A stretch of 57,254 nucleotides of DNA from Catajapyx aquilonaris (Eukaryota), in assembly GCA_000934665.2 (NCBI GenBank), contig JYFJ02002416.1, positions 1 through 57,254 of the forward strand, read 5' to 3'. The position numbers and the translations under genes were made by a program. The notes below the pieces were generated by a model. The model had not been told where the DNA came from. It ran no database searches and was given only the letters and a program-made list of their open reading frames with translations. Of the stretch, positions 1 to 11,556 are shown in pieces. The first letter of the stretch is position 1; every line of letters starts with the position of its first letter.

Positions 1-261
1 TGTATGAGTACAAGGTTGGAAATAAAGGGGGACTCCAGACAAGATGGCTGACCGAGTTGGACGTGTTTCACTAGGGGGGCTAAGTAAAAGACCCGAACAA
101 AACACGAAGTGCGTTCTTAATTTTTGCTTGTAAGTTGGCCATTGTTTTCAGGTCCCATTGGCGTGCAGTTTCAATTGTGCGATTGTTTCACATGCACATT
201 TTAATGCTTATTGCAGATTTGCAGTACACTCATTGTGAATAGAGTTACTCACCAACTATGA

Positions 262-558
262 CGTCTGAAGTAAGCACACTATACAGAACTCCTGAGCTTG
301 AAACCAGTCTCCCGTGTCTTTTCCGGAGGTGAAGTCAGGGTGAAGTAGTAGCATCCCAGGTCCAGTCTCGTGAACGGAGGATCGTATTGCCCAGACACGA
401 CTGGACAACTGATGCATACACTCTGTTGCATGTAAAAACACCCTGCACTAGCAACGTGGAAAAAAAGTCACTCACCTGGAGCCAACCACGAGTAAATTGT
501 CAAGCAGGTATTAAAGGAGCACTACTCCAGCCCTACTAGACGCTTGCATGGAGCCCAT
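262..558 (-). pseudogene. C-type lectin type A, copy 1 (truncated pseudogene)
   Basis: Paralog of intact gene 8522-9204. Exon 1 (558-476) has a 4-nt insertion at ~511-514 creating TAA. Exon 2 has an 11-nt insertion near 334-344 (frameshift). Homology stops at ~262 and exon 3 is missing. Confidence 0.85.
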
Positions 559-933
559 TTCCTGTGTGCACCCTGTGCTGGACCTGGGCCAAGTCTCGTT
601 GGTGGCGCTCTCAGGAGGTGACATTCCCTGGTATCTTGCGTGAATTCGCTCTATTATAAGGCCAGACATTAAGATATACTGCATGTAACATTCTGCTATC
701 TGCCTATTGAAAGAAGCACATTGTGGGTGGAACAGGTGTGATTGGACAACATGAAGACATGGCGTTTCATAGCCATTCAGACACATTTCAGACCTTATTT
801 AAACAATTCAAAGGTTCGGCTATGTTCAATCCTCTTGGAAATCACCCAGGAAGAGATGAGAGAGGACTGCGAGTATACAGTAGGACACTTCGACAATAAA
901 TCAAAACCACACATAAAGTTCTTTACCAATCAA

Positions 934-1035
934 GGGCGAATTTTCGTTTCTCTGCTAGTTACTGCTAACTTGTTCCAACATTGGTAGCCTACTGCCAAGT
1001 TAGCAGCAACTAGCAGTGAGACGAAATTTTTACCC
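934..1035. mobile_element. Foldback/MITE-like inverted repeat, copy 1
   Basis: Imperfect ~40-bp arms (gggcgaattttcgtttctctgctagttactgctaacttg ... caagttagcagcaactagcagtgagacgaaatttttaccc) around a short spacer. Second copy at 9587-9689. No clear TSD. Confidence 0.6.
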
Positions 1036-1355
1036 AAAGACTTTTATTTTTAACAATGAATCACATGCATTGCAATTCAGGTATGATTATGACAACATGG
1101 AATGCAGAACGACTCGAGTCACAAGGATTTGAGATTTGATTTTTGGAACTATTTCTATAGGTGAGAGTAACTCGCCTAGACCAAGGCTGACTTATTGCCA
1201 CATGTAGAAAGTAATCGACGAAAATATTAAAGACTCCAAAATTCCCAACTTCATTTCAAGCAAAGAACTACCCCTGATCGTTCTGCATTTCAGAACTTCA
1301 CAAACATCGACACACTAGTCTTTATACATCAGGTTTGTCTGTTCATCTACAGAAC

Positions 1356-2069
1356 CTATCCATACCTACCGGTATCCATCGTTATTCTGAGGACGTCCTG
1401 ATTCGGGCCTAATCTAATCTTCTTTTCGCAAAGGAAGAAGAAATCGCCCATGCAACTGTCGTCGAACCATTGAAACTTTCCCATGGCACTCACACTCATT
1501 ATCATGCAATGTTCACCACCTGGTTTCAGATTATTTGGTTCTCCCGGAGCCCAATTAAACCATGCAATAGGCTGGCCAGTAGACATCCAGTTCCATCTGT
1601 CTTCATGACCCAGATCGTACCCACCAATGTAGAAAATGTCATTCGGCCTATCTGCAAAAAAAAGAGAGAGTAATATTATGCTGGTAACTGACCAAGCAAT
1701 TGTCAACTTACTGGCGATTAAGAATTGTCCCAACCCTTCGTCCTCAGTTGGAGTCTCGATGCAGGACAGATCTCCACCAATCACACGGCAGTACTCCTGA
1801 GCTTCAAACCAGTTTCCCGTGGTTGTTCCGGAGGTGAAGAAGTAGCATCCCAGGTCCAGTCTCGTGAACGGAGCATCGCATTGCCTACACCCGACTGGGA
1901 AACATAGTCTAATTATTATGCAGGTCTGCATTCTCTGCTCCATATAAAATCATTCTGTAGTACTAGTAATGTCAACAAAAAGTCACTCACCTGGAGGCAA
2001 CCACGCGTAAATTGTCAGGCAGGCAAGGAGCACTACTAGAGCCCTACTAGACGCTTGCATGGAGCCCAT
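1356..2069 (-). CDS. Secreted C-type lectin type B, copy 1 (EPN motif)
   Basis: Exons 2069-1991 (signal peptide MGSMQASSRALVVLLACLTIYAWLPP), 1894-1712 and 1651-1356, with phase-1 GT-AG introns. CTLD motifs GCYFF, WFEAQEYC, YIGG, WAPGEPNN, EHC, WFDDSC, FLCEK. Confidence 0.92.
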
Positions 2070-2412
2070 TTTCCTGTGAATTGGACCTGGGTAAAGTCTC
2101 ATGGTGACGCCTGGAGGTGACGTTCGCTGGTATCTGGTGTCAGGCATTAAGATATGTAACACTATGCCTATTATAGAAGAAGCATATAGGAGGGACAGGT
2201 GGAGATGATGGGTCAGAGAAAGTAGAGAGGAAAAACTGGTGTTTGTCTCTGTCTTCTACCCAAATTGAATTGACCTTACTTTATTGTTGCACGTAACTGT
2301 ATGACTAACAAGTTGACATATGACATGTAGAAATTCACTTGATTGTCCAACCTATCTGATTTGTGCCTGGGTGTACCCAACGTCACCATGATGGATGCGC
2401 TGTGCCTATAAC

Positions 2413-2930
2413 TCTCTAAGCTGTGATGAGGTCTGTCGAATATTTCCTGCAAGTGTAGTGTACCGGGAATGACTGTGACATTCTGCTATCATAATTGCGT
2501 GGGTGAGTTACGGACATAAATACTGACGCAGTTTCTTTACTGAGATAGAGGTACTGTATTATTGTTCAGTGATATCAATTGGACATCCGCCGGATCATAC
2601 TCCCGTAATATGAAGACAATACGCAGTCTGTTATGAGTAGGTACAATAAAAATATGCAGAGGGATGATCTGCAAAAAAGCAACATTCATTTGAACAATAA
2701 ACGCATGCTTTTCTAAACATGTGAAGTTATTCTTCAACAGGTAATTCCTAATGACAGAATTCTCATCTGGACCCGTAATTGTGAGAAGAGTAGTGCCACC
2801 AATTTAGCTGCAGTACTCGTCGCAGGCACTTGTATACCAATTTCTTTTACTAAATTTCCGGTGCTGAAGAAATAGCATCCCGTCTTCATTTTCATGAAAG
2901 GTTCTGGGTATTCTTACACTCTGACTGACA
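2413..2930 (-). pseudogene. C-type lectin type C, copy 1 (pseudogene)
   Basis: Degraded paralog of 6013-6643. The GCYFF-containing exon has in-frame stops and indels. Exon 1 and the promoter are deleted near 3000. Confidence 0.8.
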
Positions 2931-3210
2931 AATAACAACGAGACTTTATTTGCTCAGTTGCTGCAAAAATATGTTTGGCCCGTCTGTCTTATTAAAACTG
3001 CACAAGGCAAGGCACGGAGTTAACACAATCATGAATAAATTGCATGTCACTTGACTATACATCCTCGTATTCTATAGGGCTTTATTTGATTGAATAACAC
3101 GCGATCATTCACTACAATCATATAAAGCAACACATGTTAAGACAGTTTGCTGCAGGTTCATAATATTAATTCCCATTTTGAATTGATCTATTTGTTGGAA
3201 AAGGAAGTGT

Positions 3211-3418
3211 TTAGGAACGTGTTTTTCAAAATAAGGTAGAAGTTTGGCACAGTGCATGGTAGATCATTCCACTGATACTGCTCCCCCGCCGATCCCATTT
3301 ATATACAATGCTCATTGTTATTAGCATTGTCTGGTTGTTGTGGGGCCCAGTCACCCAGTACCATTCTCCTTCGTGGTCAAGATCGTATCCACCAATGAAG
3401 AACGAGGCCGACGATCTC
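3211..3418 (-). pseudogene. C-type lectin type D, copy 1 (exon 3 remnant)
   Basis: Matches 11869-12098 (FFIGGYDLxHEGEWYWV) but has a 28-bp frameshifting deletion and other changes. Exons 1-2 are replaced by unrelated sequence from ~3419. Confidence 0.85.
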
Positions 3419-4676
3419 AATTCCAAAATTTTGTGCAGTTAGTTCACTTTGGGACAAACTTCCTAGTTTGTAGGCATACTTGAATAATAATTATTCATTT
3501 GTATACTTAGCCTATTCCTGGCACTTTTACAGATGCGCAAATATTTCTGCGCTCTTTGATGACGCCAATAACAAGTTATAAATATATTTCTACAATTATT
3601 GCTATGAAGTACCTCTAATCACTATTGTCTCTTTATAATTATTATGATTTTTGGGTAATGTCGGAGTGAAGCTGTTCTACAGAAAATATTTTTAATGGCA
3701 ATTTTTCATTAAGTTTGGTTCATGAATTAGCAGTACCTTTATCCATACGGTACTTAAAAATTTTCAAGAATTTCACGGCATTTTACTGTCATCCCCATTT
3801 TGGAAAACTGAACCATCAACAAACCAGAAATCTGGCTACAGGGTGATGGTAAACTGCCTAGCTAATCTGGCATTACAACAATGGAATGGGGTAAAAGGTA
3901 ATAGAATCCTCACTCCAATAGTGTGTATTTCCATCAGTAGATCCTCATTTCCCTGTATGGTCGGATGGAATGTGTACATAATTATGCTTGACTGGAGAAA
4001 GGAATCCACCACACTTTTCCCTGCCCCATGAAGTAGGCCTACTCCTTTGCAACTAACTAATTGCCCAAGGCCAGGCATGGTGACATGGTTCTAATTAAAC
4101 TTTAATCTACTTTTAATCAGCCGGACTCCTACCCTGCCATATTGTATGAGACGGAGAGGCACAATCATCCTCGAAAGTGTTTTGACACCGGAAGTAGCAC
4201 CAGGGGAGACAGTGGCCCAGGCTGTCACCTAAGCTGTTCTGCACCTTCTTTGTGCCAGTCACGCGTTTTGGATACATCACCCAAAGCACGACAAGAAACT
4301 GCTGCATTTCATTGCCGACTTCGTACTCAGAATGAAAGATGGAGAGAAACCTGGCCAAAAGTGCGCAAATGTGTGGCGAGATCTTCAGGTAAAGTTTTAA
4401 GTTTCAGGTTAGCAGATGAAGTGTGAGCTTTGAGTTCAGTACAACCATAAACAATTTTATAATATATAAGTATGTTACATGATTTTATTTATTTCTAATT
4501 TCTAATTTCTAATGCCCTCCCCTCCTTTTCCTCCACAGGTGCCCCACAGTTTGGGAACCCCATGGTCAAGATGAAAGTAATAAAAGTGTCTGAAAAAATA
4601 ATGTTGATGGCATTTAATTTTGTCGATATCACCCAATTCCTTTTTACAGGCGATAAGATTTGTATAATTTATTATC

Positions 4677-4888
4677 GGTGCATAACAAAATGTAGAATGT
4701 GCATAGGGTTATGCACTTTGGTGCGTAACGATACGCAGGAAGTTCTGAAATCTTCACTTGGGTGCATACCAAAATGCAAGAGGTGCGTACAGTTACACCC
4801 TTTAGTGCATAACGGTATGCAGTCCCTGTATACAGTCTTCAATTTGGTGCGTAGAAAAATGCAGATGGTGTGTAACTTTATGCAAAGA
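4677..4888. repeat. Degenerate ~84-bp tandem repeat, about 2.5 units
   Basis: Units start at 4677, 4761 and 4846 (ggtgcataac/ggtgcatacc/ggtgcgtaga ... aaaatg ... tcttca). Confidence 0.6.
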
Positions 4889-4931
4889 GTGTTTAATGCC
4901 ATGGGTAACCGATTAAGCATCAAACGCACGA

Positions 4932-5637
4932 TCAGTTTCCAGGCACAGTATCCATCGTTAACCTGAGGACGTTCTGTTTCGGGCGTAATATAATCTCCTT
5001 TTCGCAAAGGAAGGAGAAATTGTCCATGCAACTGGCGTCGGCCCATTGAAACATTGCCTTGGCATCCATTATCATGCAATGTTCACCACGACCTGGTTTC
5101 ATATTGCTTGGTTCTCCTCGAGCCCAATTAAACCATGCAATAGGCTCGCCACTAGACGCCCAGTTCCATTTCCCTTCATGACCCAGATCGTACCCGCCAA
5201 TGTAGAAATTGTCATTCGTCCTATCTGCAAAGAGAGAGGGAGAGAGGGAGAGAGAAATATTATGATGGTAACTGACCCAACAATTGTCAACTTACTGGCG
5301 AGTAAGAATAGTCTCAACCCTTCGTCCTCAGGTGGAGTCTCGATGGAGGACAGGTTTGAAGCAATCGCACGGCAGTACTCCTGAGCTTCAAACCAGTTTG
5401 CCGTGGTTGTTCCGGAGGCGAAGTAGTAGCATCCCAGGTGCAGTCTCGTGAACGGAGAATCGCATTGCCTACACCCGACTGGGATACATAATATTATTAT
5501 GCAGGCACTCTGCTGGAAGAATTCTGTAAACTAGCAATGTGAACAAAATGTCACTCACCTGGAGGCAACCACGTGTAAATTGTCAGGCAGGTAAGGAGCA
5601 CTACTAGAGCCCTACTAGACGCTTGCATGGAGCCCAT
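4932..5637 (-). CDS. Secreted C-type lectin type B, copy 2 (EPS motif, altered C-terminus)
   Basis: Exons 5637-5559, 5478-5296 and 5224-4932 give an open frame: WARGEPSNMKPGRGEHC, WADASC, FLCEK. The last four codons and the stop come from unrelated flanking DNA. Confidence 0.88.
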
Positions 5638-6012
5638 TTCATGTGTACTACTGGACCTAGGCCAAGTCTCATGGTGACGCCTGGAGGTGACGTTCAGTGT
5701 GGTATCTGGTGTGAATGTGCTCTATTATAACGTCAGGCATTAAGATATGATTGTAACACTATGCCTATTATAGAAGAAGCATATAGGAGGGACAGGTGGT
5801 GATGATGGGTCGGAGAAAGTAGAGAGGAAAAACTGGTGTTTGTCTCTGTCGTCTACCCAAATTGAATTGACCTTAGTTTATTGTTGCATGTAACTGTATG
5901 ACGAACAAGTTGACATAGGACATGTAGAAATTCACCTGAATGTCCAACCTATCTGATTTGTGTCTGGGTGTACCCAACGTCACCATGATGGATGCACTGT
6001 GCCTATAACTCT

Positions 6013-6643
6013 CTAAGCTGTGATGAGGTCTGTCGAATATTTCCTGCAAGTGTAGTGTACCAGGAACGACTGTGACATTCTGCTATCATAATTGCGTGGG
6101 TGAGTTACGGACATAAATACTGACGCACTTTCTTTACTGAGATATACTGCATTATTGTTCAGTCCTATCAATTGGACATCCGCCGGATCATACTCCCGTA
6201 ATATAAAGACAATACGCAGTCTGTTATGAGTAAAATAAAAATATGCAGAGGGATGATCTGCAAAAAAAAACAACATTCATTTGAACAATAAACTCATGCT
6301 TCTCTAAAAATGTGAACTTACTCTTCAACAGGTAATTCCTAACGACAGAATTCTCATCTGGACCCGTAATCGTGAGAAGGGTGCCACCAATTTCGCTGCA
6401 GTACTCTTCGCACTTGTACCAATTTTCTTTACAATTTCCGGTGCTGAAGAAATAGCATCCCGTCTTCATTTTCATAAAAGGTCCCGGGCATTCTTGCGCT
6501 CACACTGACAAATAACAACGAGACAAATTTGCTCAGTTGTTGCAAAAATATGTTTGGCCCATCTGTCTTAACTGCACTTACCTAAGGTAAATCTGCAGAA
6601 ATTGCTGCGAAAGTTAGCATCAGCAAGCTGTGACAGCGTGCAT
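6013..6643 (-). pseudogene. C-type lectin type C, copy 2 (pseudogene)
   Basis: The signal-peptide exon ends in in-frame TAG (6582-6584). Exon 2 (CPGPFMKMKTGCYFFSTG...EEYCSEIGGTLLTI) begins with an in-frame TGA. Exon 3 loses CTLD similarity after DHPSAYFY. Confidence 0.8.
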
Positions 6644-7397
6644 AACGGTGAGTTTGTTGTTTGTATACTGGACTTGCGCCGAGTTTGATCCTGACGCCTT
6701 GAAGTGACGTTTTCCAGTGTCTGGCGTGACCATTCATTGATTCATACATTGATACAGTGCAAGGCGGGGCATTAAGATGTGCGAGGTACGGAGTTAACAC
6801 CATCATGAAAAAATTGCATGCCACTTGACTATGACTAATTCCATGCAAAAGTATAGCTACATCAGGATCAGTTTTTTAATATTAATTTATAATTTCTATG
6901 ATATTATGGTATTTTCTGAAAGCTGAGACTGTATATATTTTTTAAAATTTTTGAACAGAATATGATATTAGATAATAATTGTCACACACATTCAAGTAAA
7001 CAACACTGTTGATTTCCAATATGGCGGGTGTGCAAATTACTTTGTTCAAAGGCTCCATTAAAAAATCTTCATAATTCAACAAGTATGCTAGTGTTCTTCA
7101 TGCAGTAAACTGGGATTTCTATCACATAAGAACTGCATGAATGTACTATATAATTATTTATCTTTCCATTGTAATGACTTATTCAGCATAAAAATTAGCC
7201 AGTTTAAATACCATCTTTGCGTGTCGTGTAAGTCACAATTTTTAGACCTTTTTTTAAATTTTTAGCTGTAGTACCAGAATCTAAAAGTTGATATTAATTA
7301 CCTTCTCACTACACAGTAGTACCCAATAAAAATAATTTTGAGGTAATATTTGTCTGAACATTATTGTTATGGCCATTTAATTTTTGTCGTGTAAAGG

Positions 7398-8245
7398 TTC
7401 TGATGTCTACATGATGAACCTGCTGTATACTCCTTCAGAATACTAACCAACTTGGATGTGACTGCAGCAAAGCTGTGTTTGAAGTACAGCATAAACCCCC
7501 ACATATATAGTGTAATTGTGAGGAAAGGTTTAACATACTGATTATGATAAGCTATACCAAGAACACTATCAAGCATAAGAAAAGTAGACATAATGATTGT
7601 CACTGACCATATGGCAGATCAACAGCTGATATCTTCAGTCAGCCACAACGAAATATGTTCATGCTCATCCATAGGATGTTACAAAAGCTAGCTCAGATTC
7701 ACTGTATAGTGTAAATACGTACCGTACTGCTTTCTTATCAACAGGAGGTACCCTTCGGGACACCCTCTAAAATATATCATTTGGTGTAGTATAATGCCTG
7801 GTTGCACCAACAAAATTACCGGTCCGATAGCTCCTAATGGACAGATAGGTAGACCTTTTAACATGTGCTATCGGTCCGTTAGGAGCTATCGGACCTGTAA
7901 TTTTGTTGGTGCAACCAGGCATAAGTCACGATATTTTCGTTTATCTTTTCCCAGAATGCTGTCTCCCACGTTGATAAAATACTGAATATGTTATTTATAT
8001 AATGATGAATGTAACCGAGACACACCGAAATAGCAAAAGTGATGCAAAGTCAACTGGCTGCACCTGGAAATATTATCATCGCCAAACAATGGACAGTCAT
8101 AAGGGCAGATCAGATCATTGCTATCATTGAAGTCAGTGTTCCTGCCCAAGTCTCATATAGAGAAATATTTGGAAAGAAAAATAATAATGTACTATCCTTT
8201 AATGAATAATGCAATCTTGAAGCTTCAAATCTTCACATTCGAAAA
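7398..8245 (-). pseudogene. Orphan start codon and upstream region of lectin type D, copy 2 (coding body deleted)
   Basis: Near-identical to 12607-13394, including the ATG context and the TATATA at ~7504. The D coding region is replaced by unrelated sequence at ~6835-7397. Confidence 0.8.
7795..7921. mobile_element. PIF/Harbinger (Tourist-like) MITE, 127 bp, TAA target-site duplication
   Basis: Long TIRs tgcctggttgcaccaacaaaattac... / ...gtaattttgttggtgcaaccaggca. TAA at 7792-7794 and 7922-7924. The paralogous empty site at ~13020 reads tta-taa-gtcacg. Confidence 0.9.
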
Positions 8246-8521
8246 ATACCTTTATTATTTTTAACAACGAATCACATGCATTGCAATTCAGGTGTAATGT
8301 GATAACATGGAATGGCAAGGACAAAGTCACACGAATTTAAATTTTGATTTTTTTGAACAACTTCTATATAAGTGAGAGTGTCTGGCCAAATGATATAAAA
8401 ATTTCTCAGTAATCATTTCGACCAAAGAACTACTCCAAATCGTTCTGCATTTTAGATCCTCACAAAAATCAACACACTTTGTATACATCAGGTATGTATG
8501 TTCATCATGTAATACAGAGCC

Positions 8522-9204
8522 TCAGTTGTACCCATCCATCATTATTCTGAGAAAGGTGCCCTGAGGTGAGCCTAAGCTAATACTCCTTTCGCAAAGGAAG
8601 AAGAAATTACCGTTGCACATGTCGTCGCTCCATTGAAACATTACCTTGGGTCGCAGCACCATGCAATCTTCACCATCTAGTTTCATATGATTAGGTTCTC
8701 CTTGAGCCCAATTACTCCATGGAATAGGCATTCCAGTAGACAGCCAGTACCATTTCCCTTCGTGGCCCAGATCGTACCCGCCAACGTAGAAAGTGTCATT
8801 CGGTCTATCTGCAAAAAGCGATATTATGCTGGTAACACGCACTGACCCAACCACTATCAAACCTACTGGTCAGTAAGAATTGTCTTATCCCATGGTCCTT
8901 AGTTGGAGTTTCGATCGAGATCAGGTCTGAAGTAAGCCCAGTACAGTACTCCTGAGCTTCAAACCAGTTTCCACTGTCTTTTCCGGAGGTGAAGTAGTAG
9001 CATCCCAGGTCCAGTCTCGTGAACGGAGGATCGCATTGCCCAGACACGACTGGACAACAAATGCATGAACTCTGTTGCATGTAAAAGCATCCTGTACTAG
9101 CAACGAGGAAAAAAAAGTCACTTACCTGGAGCCAACCACGTGTAAATTGTCAAGCAGGTAAGGAGCACTACTCCAGCCCTACTAGACGCTTGCATGGAGC
9201 CCAT
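8522..9204 (-). CDS. Secreted C-type lectin type A, copy 2 (EPN motif)
   Basis: Exons 9204-9126, 9049-8867 and 8808-8522 give an intact frame with WAQGEPNH, EDC, WSDDMC, FLCER. Confidence 0.92.
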
Positions 9205-9586
9205 TTCCTGCGGTGTGCACTCTGTGCTGGACCTGGGCCAAGGCTCGTTGGTGACGCTCTCTCAGGAGGTGACATTCCCTGGTATCTGGCGTGAATTCGC
9301 TCTATTACAAGGCCAGACATTAAGATATACTGCATGTAACATTCTGCTATCTGCCTATTGAAAGAAGCACATTGTAGGTGGAACGCAGGTGTGATTGGAC
9401 AACGTGAAGACATGGCGTTTCATAGCGATTCCGACACATTTCAGACCTTATTTAAACAATGCAAAGGTTCGGCTATGTTCAATCCTCTTGGAAATCACCC
9501 AGGAAGAGATGAGAGAGGACTGCGAGTATACAGTAGGACACTTCGATAATTAATCAAAACCACACATAAAGTTCTTTACAAATCAA

Positions 9587-9689
9587 GGGCGAATTTTCGT
9601 TTCTCTGCTAGTTACTGCTAACTTGTTCCAACAATGGTAGCCTACTGCCAAGTTAGCAGTAACTAGCAGTGAGACGAAATTTCTACCCC
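9587..9689. mobile_element. Foldback/MITE-like inverted repeat, copy 2
   Basis: Same element as 934-1035, carried along with the cassette duplication. Confidence 0.6.
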
Positions 9690-10011
9690 GAGACTTTTAT
9701 TTTTAACAATGAATCACATGCATTGCAATGCAGGTATAATAATTATGACAACTTGGAATGCAGAACGACTCGAGTCACAAGGATTTGAGATTTGATTTTT
9801 GAAACTATTTCTATAGGTGAGAGTAACTCGCGTAGAACAAGGCTGACTTATTGCCACATGTAGAAAGTTATCGACGAAAATATTAAAGACTCCAAAATTC
9901 CCAACTTCATTTCAAGCAAAGAACTACCCCTGATCGTTCTGCATTTCAGAACTTCACAAACATCGACACACTAATCTTTATACATCAGGTTTGTCTGTTC
10001 ATCTACAGAAC

Positions 10012-10314
10012 CTATCCATACCTACCGGTATTCATCGTTATTCTGAGGACGTCCTGATTCGGGCCTAATATAATCTCCTTTTCGCAAAGGAAGAAGAAAT
10101 TGGCCATGCAACTGTCGTCGGCCCATTGAAACATTGTCCTTGCACTCAGTATCATGCAATGTTCACCATCTGGTCCCATATTGTTAAAATTGTTTGGTTC
10201 TCCCTCAGCCCAATTAAACCATGCAATAGGCTGGCCAGTAGCCTTCCAGAACCACCTCCCTTCATGACCCAGATCGTACCCGCCAATGTGGAAATTGTCA
10301 TTCGGCCTATCTGC

Positions 10315-10387
<73 letters not shown>

Positions 10388-10772
10388 ATATTATGCTAGT
10401 AACTGACCCAACAATTGTCAACTTACTGGCGACTAAGAATTGTCTCAGCTGTTCGTCCTCAGTTGGAGTCTCGATGGAGGACATGTTTGCAGTAATCACA
10501 CGGCAGTACTCCTCAGCTTGAAACCAGTTTCCCGTGGTTGTTCCGGAGGTGAAGTAGTAGCATCCCAGGTCCAGTCTCGTGAACGGGGGATCGCATTGCC
10601 TACACTCCGCTGGGAAACTTAATCATTATGCAGGCACTCTGCTGCATATAGAAGCATTCTGTACTATAGCAATGTGAACAAAATGTCACTCACCTGGAGG
10701 CAACCAAGTGTAAATTGTCAGGCAGGTGAGGAGAACTACTAGAGCCCTGCTAGACGCTTGCATGGAACCCAT
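10012..10772 (-). CDS. Secreted C-type lectin type B, copy 3 (EPN motif)
   Basis: Exons 10772-10694, 10609-10427 and 10310-10012 give WAEGEPNNFNNMGPDGEHC, WADDSC, FLCEK, ending GRYG-stop. Confidence 0.92.
10319..10385. repeat. (GA)33 microsatellite in intron 2 of lectin B3
   Basis: Perfect dinucleotide run. On the coding strand it reads (TC)n directly upstream of the 3' splice site. Confidence 0.98.
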
Positions 10773-11149
10773 TTCATGTGTACTGCTGGACCTAGGCCAA
10801 GTCTCATGGTGACGCCTGGAGGTGACGTTCAGTGGTATCTGGTGTGAATGTGCTCTATTATAACGTCAGGCATTAAGATATTATTGTAACACTATGCCTA
10901 TTATAGAACTGGAAGCATATAGGAGGGACAGGTGGTGATGATGGGCCGGAGAAAGTAGAGAGGAAAAGCTGGTGTTTGTCTCTGTCTTCTACCCAAATCG
11001 AATTGACCTTAGTTTATTGTTGCATGTAACTGTATGACTAACAAGTTGACATAGGACATATAAAAATTCACCTGATTGCCCAACCTATCCGATTTGTGTC
11101 TGGGTGTACCCAACGTCACCATGATGGATGCACTGTGCCTATAACTCTC

Positions 11150-11556
11150 TAAGCTGTGATGAGGTCTGTCAACTATTTCCTGCAAGTGTAGTGTACCAGG
11201 AACGACTGTGACATTCTGCTATCATAATTGCGTGAGTGAGTTACGGACATAAATACTGACGCACTTTCTTTACTGAGATATAGGGCCTACTATATTATTG
11301 TTCAGTTCTATCAATTGGACATCAGCCGGATCATACTCCAGTAATGTAAAGACAATACGCAGTTATGAGTACAATAAAAATATGCAGAGGGATGATCTGC
11401 AAAAAAAACACATTCATTTGAACAATAAACGCATGCTTTTCTAAACATGTGAACTTACTCTTCAACAGGTAATTCCTAACATTTGACAGAATTCTCCACT
11501 GGACCCGTAACCGTGAGAAGGGTGCCACCAATTTCGCTACAGTACTCTTCGCACTT
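11150..11556 (-). pseudogene. C-type lectin type C, copy 3 (pseudogene)
   Basis: Paralog of C2 with a ~260-bp deletion removing exon 1 and half of exon 2. Confidence 0.8.

Noticed and set aside
507..516. TTAA insertion in pseudogene A1 as a transposon excision footprint
   Set aside because: It does not fit a TA-duplication footprint, and piggyBac excises without leaving one.
4677..4888. CRISPR-like periodicity
   Set aside because: The whole unit is degenerate with no constant repeat plus unique spacers, there are no cas genes, and the context is eukaryotic.
10126..10521. ORFs with RERERE / SLSLSL runs
   Set aside because: These are translations of the (GA)33 intronic microsatellite, antisense to or out of frame with lectin B3.
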